NCBI GenBank assembly: GCA_028534125.1 | Contig: CM052816.1 | Location: 46,688,001 to 46,752,000 of the forward strand | DNA: 64,000 nucleotides | Source: Lama glama | Lineage: Eukaryota | Direction of reading: 5' to 3' | Shown here: piece by piece, positions 40,035 to 51,720 of the stretch | Layout: each line of letters begins with the position of its first letter | Position numbering within the stretch: the stretch's first letter is position 1 | Translations under genes and position numbers: made by a program | The notes under the pieces: model-generated | Seen by the model: only the letters and a program-made list of their open reading frames with translations | Told to the model about the DNA's origin: nothing | Database searches by the model: none

Positions 40035-43000
40035 TTTTTAAATCGTTGTTTTATAGATGAATTACTAAATGAAAAAAAACAAAAGTGGTAATAGAGGAAG
40101 TTGGCATGGAGAATTGTCCCTGTGCTCAGCTCTTTTTATCTTTTTCTAAATATAGTTTTAAAATATTGTTCAGGTCAGCTGATGTCAGCAGGGGAGTGCT
40201 TCTTCATGTCTTCTTTCTTTCCCAATCATTTCAATAATGTTTTGATAAATTAAAGTATATAAGTGAAACAAAGAAATCAGCACCAAGTTCTCATATTAAA
40301 TTGAGAATTGAAATTGCTAATTCCCCAGATATTTTTAATACATTGCTAATCTAGAGACCAGGACTAAATTGGTATTCAAGGACTAAAGTGGTAAATTTTT
40401 AATAGAGATGTCTCTTACAAGCAAGTCTTATTATAACATACTAGAATATCATTTATTCTTTGAGGGTGTGATTTATTCTATTTAAATGTAAGCCCTGTAA
40501 AGGAGATGTGTTAATCTATTTTTACTCTAAGTACATAAATATGTCTGCTACACTCTAGTCAGTAGATGTATTCAGAAGCCAATATGCCTACACTCTCACA
40601 TTTCTTCTGTAAATGATGAATAATATTGATAAATGAAAATTACAAATCTGCAATAGAGCTTAACTATTGAACACTAAATCATTCTGTTACTAACTCTGTG
40701 TTCCAGTGACATTTTCTAGATTAAAAAAAGTCATTCCTACACTTAAAAAATATTTTATGCTTTTGCAGCAATGTAAGCAAATGTGCATTTGAAAGAAAAT
40801 TCACAATGCAGCCACAAATAATTCCCTTTAAGACTCCAAGTGCCATTTTCAAAAATGATTCAATTTTCAGAATAGAATATTTAAAACCTCTTTCCTGCCA
40901 GACTTTACATTCTACATGTTTGGTACAATTAAAATGGAAGAGTGGAGGAATGGAACTCTTCCATCTATATTTTGGAAAAACATATTCACTCACCTCAATT
41001 TGTCAGTGTGCATTAAGAAGGAGGTCATTATGCAGTAGAAAAAGAAGAAGAAGGCAGCTCTAACTCATGTGACTGACATATACTGAACATGGCCATTAAT
41101 ACAACTTGGCAGTGACCTTGGCAGCATTACGGGTAATCTCCTTGCAGGGATAAACTACTTGAATGATATTTCTACCATGTTAAGCACAAAGAGAGTTCTC
41201 TTTGGAACTTTACCCTTTAATTTTCTTTTATTCTAACAAAAAAAAATTTTTTAATTTTCCCTTTGCTCTCTGAAATGATATTTTACTTCAAAACATTGTT
41301 GCTGTCATTTTTCTGTTATAATGGGGGACTGCTGTATATTGATAGCAGTTTCATAGAGGATTGAAGTTTATTTTATTTTTATTATAGGTATAAATCTGTA
41401 GTCAAATTTTATTATACCACTCATAACCAAAGTTCTAAAAAAAGCAGAAAGCTTATGTAGAGAAGATACATGTTGAGAATTTGATGTTGAAAAATTTATT
41501 GCATATTTTATAAAAACTCTCAGCAGCATTATTATTATTACCATTTAGGATTTATTTGGATTATGTGAGATAAAACATGTATTTGTATAACTTCGTAGAA
41601 TTTGCAGTAGAAAGTTCAAGTGCATCATTGCTCATTTCTTCCTACTTCAGATAAGTTTGTCACATAAGAAGGAAACTGTGTGGCACATAAAAGATTTAGG
41701 TAAAAAAATGGAAAAGATCACAAGCATAGTAAAGTTGTAATCTTATTAAAACATTCTACTGCCATTTTAATCCCATATTTAGTAATAATCTGTACTAAAA
41801 TACGTATAATAAAGAAGTTTCACATAATGAAGGCTGGGCTTAGTAAAAAGCCTCTAAGCAGGTCGTAATTTCTTACAGTTTCTTCTACGTCATATTTCAA
41901 TACAGGAAATGAACAATGACTATAAAGGAAGAGCATTTTTTTCCACAAATGTGGATCCATTTAAAAACTATTCCTTCCTGAATTGTTTCTGGGGCCTTTT
42001 GGCAATTTGAACCAGCTGTTGACAACAGCATTTATAGGAGCTATTGACACTGGAGGATATGGCAGTTTCTGTTCAATGTTCATTATTTGAAATGTTCATT
42101 CTAGTTTAAATTTTAAAAGTGGGCCAGATTGGTTAATTTCTGGAATTAAAGCAAATTCACTGGTCATTTACATTTTTAAGTATTGCGTGTATGTAGAGTA
42201 TTAGAAAGCTGCTTTCAATCAGTGAGTCATTTAAAGTGCACAAGGTGAATTGTTTTCATACATAGAATCTTTAAGACTCATTTGCTAAGAAGCACATAGA
42301 AATTTATTAGTTAAGGCATGTACAGTAAATTACAATTATTGCATTTCTCATCAATTTACCTATAAATTTAACCTTTAGCAGCACCTAGTTCCCATTTACT
42401 GTCAAGTTGATCTATATAATCAGAATTCCTTGTTATGTTTACATTTCCAAGGCATACAACAAATGGAAAATTAAAAGTACCTTATCTCTAGCTGTAAATT
42501 ATAAGTAAATGGTTGCCGATAGCCTATACTATTTAAAATCTTAATCATGGGGGAAAAAGAAGATTTTCTTCAAATAACTGTAATAAAAGTACATTAAGAA
42601 ATATAATTTCAATCAGAAAAAAGTTAAAATTACTTAGTATTTTTGGTATATTTTGTTTAAGCTACAAATGGCAATATGTTTTAATCCGTTTTCAAAGGAT
42701 GACGTGGAAAAGTCAGAGAAAAAATGAAACACCCTTCTCTAATCTAGAGAGAATCAAACTTTAAGGTTTGTTTTTAGATAAAAGCTCAAATCATGAATGT
42801 ATTAGATTTTATGTATTTCACCATCACCTGACTTAGGACTTTGACATATCAAATTTAAAAACTAGATGATGAAAATATTTCCTTAGAATTTTGTAAGACC
42901 CCCAACACATGGGACAGTATCGCAGAGGAATATGAGCTTGGAATCTGGAGTCAGGTTATTTTACCCAGTTTTGCTACTACCTACGTTGTAAAGTTGGGCA

Positions 43001-44699
43001 TGTTTTGTAGTTATTTTTTCTGGGCCTTGATTTTGTTTCTGAACCAGAAATATAATATGAACCATGATCATGACAGTACAGCTTACCCAGGTATAAGTTC
43101 CCTTGGAAATAATATTCCTGGGACATGTTCATTCAGTGAACTATCACTATTATCACTATTAGTAGGATGATTAAAAATTGTTTCACAGGAATAAAGAATC
43201 AAACACAAATTAAGACTCTGTTGCCAAAATTTCAAATTTTATTCTTCAAATCTTTTTTTCCTCCACTTTTCCAATCTGAAATAGAATCTCCTAACATGAT
43301 AATTTTCTAGATTATAGAAAGTCATAGATACTCATTTCAATAGATCATAAAACCTTTCAATAAAAATTTAAAAAAATGTATATCTATAGTTAATGCCTCT
43401 CATTTGGTGGTGAAGAAACTGAGTCTTAGAAAAAATTGAATGAAATACAAAAATTGAATTCAGAAATACTAAAAATTTAGCTTAAATGTGATTGTACAGC
43501 ATACATTGTCAACCTAGTAATTGATTTGTCTGGTTTTTGCACAATGTCTCAATAGAATTTTTAAGACAGACTTTTTTAACTTAATTCCAACAATTTATTA
43601 GTTTACCTTGATTTTTTTTAAATGTAATTTAAATAATACATAGACACAAAATATTTTAAATGATGGAACATGTCTCCAGGTGTTTAAGCATAGAATACAG
43701 TTAAAGTATTAGCGAAAGGCAAATAGAAGTGCTTTTTGTGGCAAGATTGAAAAAAAAAAAACTAAAAGAAAAAACACAAAAGAAATCTAGAGATATTTTG
43801 TCCATCCAAAAACAAACATGGGATAACGAAAAGCATTAAAGTAGACAGGGCAACACCACCGCAGATATTAGAATCTTCCGAAATACCTCAGCCCTTTGTA
43901 CCTCCCAGCTGGCCGCCAGTGACACGTCTCTCTCTGCACATACTCTCCTTCCAGGAGAGGACTCTGTGGGGAGATGGCTGTGGGGAGCGTCAGCACCTGC
44001 TGTCTCCACTTCAGACACTTCACTGTAGGATGATGCCCATCCTAATTTCAGGGCTGCTAGAAAAGAAAAGTTGCTTTCCTTCAAAAACCATTGAGATCCT
44101 AATCTAGGATATCATCTTTTTAAAATTATTATATTTAAGTTCTTGTAAATACATGAGAAATTTACCTAGGGAGCTGGCATATTGGCACACATCTAGCCAG
44201 ACAGAAGAGGTGTGCTCTCCTTTATCTTACTGTTTTCTCGTCCTGAGAATTTTTTCCAACATAATTAAATCTAAAATTTTGACAAAGAATCATCACAGTA
44301 TCTCCCACTTTATTGTAATTTTGGATTCTGATGCTATATCCATAAATTCTCGGGGAAGGGTTTTTTTTATTGTGTATCTTTTAGTTTATTTTTTCCATAT
44401 GGTTGATGTCTGTAATTGCACTCCGTTTCTAACCTACTCTTTTATTATAAAATGGGGAGTCATTGGTCACTTGTTCTCATCCTAGTATAATAGAAATATC
44501 CAAATATTATAGTCACAGATTACCTAGCCATATAATCAGGAAACATGAAAATGATATGGCTTTTTAAATTTATTAGAACTTATTTCTCTTTCAATAAAGC
44601 TAAGACAATATTATTTATTAATTAGTTTAATTTTTATCAGACCTGCTGATTGACTGAAGATTCACACCTTTTAGGGTCCAGTCACAAGCAGGAATTAAA

Positions 44700-46590
44700 G
44701 ATCTGAAGAATTCAACAGTAGAAAAAGATGAATTTAATGGAACAGGTTTTCAGAGGACTTGGAAGTATTTCAAAGGTACTCTTTGATAATTCAGCATACA
44801 GGGTGGAGGATTGCACAGGTGGTCAAAGACTACTTTACCTTGTATCACAAACATTTAAGAAGGAAGGAGAGTATCTGGTTGACTAAAGAAAGACCTGTAT
44901 GAGGACTGGAAATGAAAAAGTATTATGAAAAAATTTTTTAATAATATGGGAATTTAAAAGTTCTAAGAACTAGTGAAGGCTTGAAGTTTGATAAAGAGAG
45001 ACAAAATTAAGATATGCTATTTACAAAATGTATTCAGTTTAACCAAAAACAACAATGAAAGAAGGTGTGGCCCATTTTTCATGTGAAGGGGAAAGTAAAT
45101 ATAGATAATATGAGGAATATTGTAAATTCCACAGGGGTTTGGATTTTTGTCTGTTTTGCTCCTTGATGTATCCCTTAGAATAGTGCCTGGAGCATGCAGT
45201 AGTTACTCCAAAATTTTTGTTGAATGAAAGAATGAATTAAATGCTTCTTTGCATTGCTTTTTACCTTTATTAAGCAGTAAAATGACCTCATGGTTTTGGC
45301 CACGTCCCTGAAATGTAACATACATACGAATGACCTAAGGAATGAAGTGATGCTAAGGAACATAGCAAGTTTCACGGAACCCCTGGGCAGGTCTGGCTAA
45401 AGCCTAAGATCATTCTAGTAGCAGGAACTCGTGTTACATATGCCATTGCGGGGCCACAGCTACTATTCTTAAGAGCTATTGAATAAAGACTAGAAGATAT
45501 CTATCACGCTGATGATATTTTTAAAAGAAAACAAAGGATGACCCAAGGGACCACAACTAGTAACTCTCTAATTAGCAGACTTGAAAATATACGGGGAAAA
45601 ATCACAATGATGTGTTATACATTTCTTATACATCCTGTAACACCCTGGATGTGAGTATAAAAGCTGATCCTATGAGAATATTTTATCCTTCACTGTAGTG
45701 TGAAGGGGGAGGGGTAGATATAATATCAACTTTCCAAGGCTTTTGATTTTGTTCTGTACAACATCCTCACCCATAAATTGGGAAACTATTTTCCAAACTG
45801 CACAAGTTCCAATCGTAGCTACAGGAATAGTGTAATAAATAATTTGTTCATTAAATTTAGAGAGTCCTGTGTAAAGAGAGTTTTTGAGGTTTGGCCCTTG
45901 GAAGACAAGATCAGAACTCAGCGTGACCTTGGTAAACTGGCAAAGTGGTCAGAAATCATGAAGCCAAGGAGAAGAAAAATAAACTCTTTACATACAAAAT
46001 ATGAAAGAGTTGGCCAGGAGCAAATCTGGCAGGGGAAAAAATGCAAAATTGGAATAAATGAAAAGGCAAACATTTACTTTAAAATTCATACAGTATGTGG
46101 CTAATTAAAAAATATATCTGATATGAGTATGTAAGAGCCTTTTCTTGGTACTGTGTGTATTTTTGGACTCCAGAGCTAAAGGTGGGTCTGACTTGAAATG
46201 AAGAGCTGCAAAGATGGGGGCAAAAATAGAAACTCAAGCAAGGAAAGGACAACGAAAGTAGGTGTAACTCAGTCCATAGCCTTAAAGCTTACGAAGTGAA
46301 GACACGATCACCAAGTGCGGTTCTCTGGACAAAGGCTAGAAGGAGAGGACTGGGCATGAAGTATTCTGTGAGGGATTAGCTATAAGTAAGAATTTCCTGA
46401 GAGGGAGAGTTGTGAAATGTCAAAATAGGTTACTGAGGAAGGTTGTGCTGCTCCTTTTCCGGAAGGCCTTAAAAATAGGAGGGGTGGAATCTTTGTGAAA
46501 TAATTTGGGTATGGTATTATCTGAAGGAGGGGAAAATGCTGTGACCTTGCCTGACCCCTACCAGTTTTAGTGTCCGGCATTTCTGCTCTT
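44700..46590 (+). mobile_element. Decayed L3/CR1 LINE (ORF2 reverse transcriptase remnants), interrupted
   Basis: Collinear CR1-like peptides: SKAFDFVLYNILTHKLG (from 45733), EDKIRTQRDLGKLAKWSE (45901-45954, inside ORF 45778..46104) and KNFLRGRVVKCQNRLLRKVV (from 46388). The 5' boundary is approximate. Confidence 0.75.
45120..45240 (+). mobile_element. L2 LINE 3' end fragment nested in the L3/CR1 element
   Basis: TTTTGTCTGTTTTGCTC...TGTATCCC...AGAATAGTGCCTGG...TTTGTTGAATGAAAGAATGAAT, the typical L2 terminus. Confidence 0.75.
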
Positions 46591-48399
46591 ACTTTGGCTA
46601 AGTGGTATTATCGCTACGTATTTCTACAAAAAAAATAAATAAATAAAATAAGAGAAAGACTTTTTTGCTCTTTTCTAACATAGCAAAATGTATTTTTCTC
46701 ATAAAGAGCCATTTTAAGGCAAGTGAAATGTCCAAGCCCACCCTTCATTTAATATGAAATTCTCCATATTAAATTAGAGAGGCAGTTATTAAATATTCAT
46801 CTTAATTGATTTTTTTCCAAAGGAACTGGATAGAGATTATGCTATTATTCATTGTTTTCCAATTCATATGCTATAAAAGATGAATGTTTTTCTATAATTT
46901 TGAATGTTAGAATCCTCAGGAATGTGGCCAAATAATGATTTGGTCTGTTAACTGGTTATTTGATGATCATGTCCACCTTTCTAGCATCTAAAAGTCACGT
47001 CCCCCCTCCACTTCTCAGAACTTTCTTAATACCACTGACAGGCGTGAGTGACACCTTTGTAAAAGTTATTCCAGACGTTTCTTCACTGTGAAAGACAGTA
47101 CTTGCCAACAGGTCTTTTCTTACTGAACTAGACATCTCAGAGGTTTCCTGTTTACCAAGCGCCCTCTCAAAGCACAGGGGATATGTAGGCAGCCACTTTG
47201 AGCTTTCACTTTGCACGGTCACTTGCCCAGCATCTCAAATTGAATTCAGGCTTGGATATTATTGTTGCTTATGGAGTTTTTGACTCTGACCCATAGTCCT
47301 CATCAACTGGTGCAATAAACGTGTAAATACATAAATGAGTACATATGTGCATACATCTGTACCACAGTGTTCTGCCTACGAAAGTAGGAGAAAAGGCCGA
47401 TACATGCTGAAAATAGGCAAAACTGTTACATCCTCACACTCTGTAGGCTCTGACAGAGTAAGGCTGAGGTAAATTGTGGGAAGAAAATGATGTGAACTTC
47501 TATAATACACCAAAATATGTCACTTTTCTTCAACAATCATAAATATATTGCCAATTATGTCAACTGTTTTTATATAATTAATTTATATATTTTATTAGGT
47601 GTGTCTTACAAAGCTGATAGCCATACAATTACTTCTAAAATAATGTATTTAAAGAGCTTCAATTACAGTTACACCCAGAGGTCTCAAACACAAAGAATTC
47701 TAAAAAAGCAGGTACTTGTATAAAATACTAAAGTGGAAACTCCACTGCCCTCAGAAGAATATTGCAGTGGACCATGATTTGAGGAGATAAAGGAGAAGGA
47801 AGAGAAAAAGCTTAAAGAGAAGGAAGAGCAGGAGGAGAGGAGAAATGCGGGGGGAGATGATTACCAGGCCACACCAGGCTTGCTTAGATCTGGGTAGAAA
47901 CCTACCCAGGCTACTTTGAAGGGGAGCAAGATAACTGCCCCAAGCCTGGAGACAAGGTGTCTGTAATATTCTGTATAATTCTCACCTTTGTCATAAATGA
48001 AGTTGACTTCTTACCCATCCTCAGAGAGACACCTGTTTTGGTGGCTTTTACCAGGAGTTGAGATGAATATATGCTGAGTCTTGTACATTAAGCTGGTTTG
48101 ACTTGTGAGCAACCACATTCATTTGTAGAAAGGAGGGGAAAAAACCGTTGGTGCTGATCAGCCAGTAAATACTGATATTCTAATGACAGGTATCTGACTC
48201 AAGTTTTACTCCTTTTCCTGTTAGGACAGTGAAGGAAACTCTTTGTTTGCCATCAAGAATCAGAGAATGTTAGATTCTTTAAAGAAAATTGATTTTTAAA
48301 AGTATTTTGGATTCTACTAAATCTCTCTGAACATCACATTTTCTACATAGCATTTTAACCCTAGAGTACTCTTTTGAATATTACCTTGCAGCATGGAGA

Positions 48400-48640
48400 A
48401 ATAGCAGAGTATGTGGTTTGATTACTGAGTCTCGGACTGGACTTACAGGGGTTCAAATTACAGCTCTAGCACTAGCTGTGCGACCCTGAGCAGGTAATTT
48501 AACCTCTCTGTCCTCTGGCCTTTTTTTCTGTAAAATGGAAATTGTAATAGTGCCTTCCTCAGAGGCTCCTGTGAGGATTAAAGTCAATATATGTAAATTT
48601 TTTAGTGCCATAGTATTTTATAATTTGTAGCTATTGTTAT
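48400..48640 (+). mobile_element. MIR SINE
   Basis: GGGTTCAAAT...CTAGCTGTGCGACCCTGAGCAGGTAATTTAACCTCTCTG...CTGTAAAATGG...TGTGAGGATTAAA. Confidence 0.8.
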
Positions 48641-48874
48641 TAAGTTTCTAAATAGAATTAGTGGTCCAAAATGCATAATATAACCTTCATCTTAACTGCT
48701 TATTTTGCTTGAGTCTCAGGTGAATCAACTTCTCAATGCAAAAAAAAAAATTTAAGCAATTATATTGACCACACAATTAAACATTTTTGTCAGCTTATTG
48801 TTTCTCTAGAACTGTATCATTTGGAGAAGCATTCTGACCTCATTTTGTCTTACACCTTTATTGAATTTATACCG

Positions 48875-49040
48875 TTTAGAAACTTGAAAGGGGTCTTTAG
48901 AAATTGAACCCAGCTCCCTTTATATGTCCAAGGAAAATGAGACTCAGAGGAGTTGAGTGGCCCAAAGACCTGCACCTCCTGGGTAGCAGAACTCAACCAA
49001 GAGTCAGATTTTGACCAGAACTTTCTTTCCACTGCACTCT
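48875..49040 (-). mobile_element. MIR/MIR3 fragment
   Basis: AGGAAAATGAGACTCAGAGGAGTTGAGTGGCCCAAAG...GGTAGCAGAACT...CTTTCCACTGCAC. Confidence 0.6.
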
Positions 49041-51269
49041 TCTGCTTTTTGGTGCTTTGGACTTTGGAAACAAATTACACTAATAGCTAAATATTTTATT
49101 AATATTTTTACTTTAGAAGAGCAGCAATTTTCTGCACCTGATACCATGTTTGTATTTCTTTGTCAAGCTGAAAGAATAGTTTGTTTTTTTATCAATTATT
49201 CAACAATACTGTTATATCTTCCTTGAGCCAGGCACTGAGCTAAGGTTTGATTTGGGGCATTTGTATTCAGTAGTCAGAGGAAAGAAGCAGGTTCCTTTCT
49301 TTGAAGCTAGCATTTCCCAAAGGATATTCCCGATAAATCTGTAGATATTTCAGATTCTGTCATCCAGTATATTAAAGAAGTGAAAAGTCCTGCAGCAAAG
49401 AAATGTTTTCCTCAATTTTTTCGATTTTCTGACTTTTTGAGGGCAGAGGGGATCGTTTGTTAGCATCCTTAGCAACCAGTGATCTTCTGAACCCACTTTG
49501 GGATTTCTGAAGAGTCGTGAGCATCCTTCCAGCAGTGAGTGCTCTGTTTTAGATCCCTGGTTCTGGAGAATCGGGATGAAAAACTGTCCATCTCGGTAAC
49601 TTCTGATCTGTCGTAGCACGGCCTTCTTCACAGGGGCAGTGCTGTAATACTTTCCATGTAGTGGCATCTGCCAAGGATGACTTGGGCTTTCCTTGAAAAG
49701 AGCCTGGACAGAGTGTGTAGACAGGCTGAGATAAGGAGCCTCCCGCCAGGCCTTCGGCCCGGGACGGGTGCAGCTTCCCCCGGCCCGCGGCTGGCCCCGC
49801 GCCGCGTGCTCGCCTGCCCTGCCTGCGTAGTCAGAGGAAGCGTTCTGTTCATCTGAGAACACCTCTGTTCCTAGCCCTTTGACAGTTTCACTTTCCATTT
49901 CCCCTCAGTTCTAAACATGTGGAAAAAGAGATAAAGGTGATGAAATGAAAAAAATCAAGTGGGGAATGCCTGAAATAGAAGGAAGAAACCTGTATTCATG
50001 TGCCTGCTTTGTATGTGGTTATGACAGGGTTTTGGAAGGGGAGGCAGGCATCCTCCAAAGGTCGTTTTACAAGATGGGGAGGGAGGAAGGTGCATATGTA
50101 ATGTGAAGTATTGGTTAACTCTGAGAATAAAATGAAACACTATGCTTATTTTTAATAGGATAAATGTCTATACTATGATTCCTTTAGGAAAGGAAAGAAG
50201 ACAGCTTGACTTAAAAAAAAACTTCAAATTTTTAATTCATTTTCAGAGCATTTGATCAATAATAATGAAAATAAATTAGTGTCAATTTAGGCTTTGTGGT
50301 AAATTATACAACTTACCGTATTTTAAAATGGATAAATAATGTTCGCCAAATAGCACATTTTAAAAAAAATGATAGAATAAAGGATCAAACATATCCCATT
50401 CCCCCTAAAAATGACAGGGGAAGGAGAATTGAAAATGTATACCCATTATTCCTTAAACAGAGTTTCCTTGAATAGGAAATTTTGACCCCCCCCCCTTACT
50501 TAAAATACTCTAGTTTTTCATTGGACATTTCTGTTTTATAACTTTTAAAATTAGTGTGTCAGTTGTCCTTCTCTCTAATTTCCTACTTGTTTAAATTCAT
50601 AATTCTCAAATTTTGTATTTTTCCTCTTAAAAATACTTTAATTTAAAAAATACTAGATGACTCAATTTCTCTGTTCATTCTAAGTTGGAAATTAATCTGT
50701 TTGGCTTGAGGCTACATGGCTTACTCTCATTAGATGCATATGTCCAAAGATGTGTGAATTTTTTCCCATACAGTGAGACGCTGGGATTATCACTGAGAGC
50801 TTAATCAAAACTGTGCTGATTACTTGGGAGTTGGGTCCTATGAGAGAGGAAATAAATCAACCTAAAACAATGACTCCGTTACATTAGTAATGTTATAAGA
50901 TTGTTTATTTCTAAGAGTTTTAAAAATATAAATCTGTATTTTACATTTGCAGAAATTTTGCATTGTATTTGTTAGATTGCTCATGGTGCTATCCATATTT
51001 AACATTGCAACGTGAACTAATATACCCACGAACTCTTTTGACCAGTGGACCTTGCTTTTAATGAAATACCCACATTTCAAGGGAAGACACACCTTTGGAT
51101 TCAATGAATATAAATTAGGAACCTTTTTTGTTATAGTATATATTCTCAGTGTTTCAAAGTATTTACAATTTCCATAAACTTATATAATAATGAATTGAAG
51201 AAAACAAGTTTACACAGTGAATTTAAGAAACTGAATTGCATCCAACTGAATTTTTGCAAATGAATGTGG

Positions 51270-51405
51270 TTCTCTTTTCATTTGAGCCTCAAAGCCTCGT
51301 TATAGAATATATGTGTTATTATTCCCACTCTATAGCCGAGGAAACTGAGGTTTAGGAAACTGAGTTAGCCAGGTTTGTCCCACCAGTGACAGGCAGAGTG
51401 CTGGA
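51270..51405 (-). mobile_element. MIR SINE fragment
   Basis: TATTATTCCCACTCTATAGCCGAGGAAACTGAGGTTTAG. Confidence 0.65.
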
Positions 51406-51444
51406 GTATTCCCCTCCAGATACCGCCTTGCTCCATCCATGGTT

Positions 51445-51720
51445 TACATCTCCCCTCAGATGTCATCTTGTCAAATTACCCTTCCCTGACGCATTGTCTA
51501 CCTCGGCCCTTTCCTGTTCAGTCACCCCCTACCTAGCCTGTTCTACTGTGATGTTTTCTCTATAGGATTTTTCTATTTAAAAATCACCATATTAGTGCAC
51601 TTGTTTATTGCTTCATTCTCCCTTTAAAACATCAATTTCTTGAAGACCAGACCTACTTTGTTTTGTTTATAGCACCCAGCATTATGCTTGATGCACTTAT
51701 GTCCCTGTGAATATCGATCA
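51445..51720 (+). mobile_element. L2 LINE fragment
   Basis: CTCAGATGTCATCTT...CCTTCCCTGAC...CTTGTTTATTG...TTGTTTTGTTTATAGCACCCAGCA. Confidence 0.55.

Noticed and set aside
45778..46104. 108-aa ORF with RT-like residues
   Set aside because: A fragment of a decayed L3/CR1 element with a non-ATG start and no intact RT catalytic motif; not a functional gene.
46747..46774. 10-bp inverted repeat ATTTAATATG...CATATTAAAT
   Set aside because: AT-rich and short; no support for function.
49350..49898. 182-aa minus-strand ORF
   Set aside because: No recognisable homology; its length is partly explained by the local GC-rich patch.
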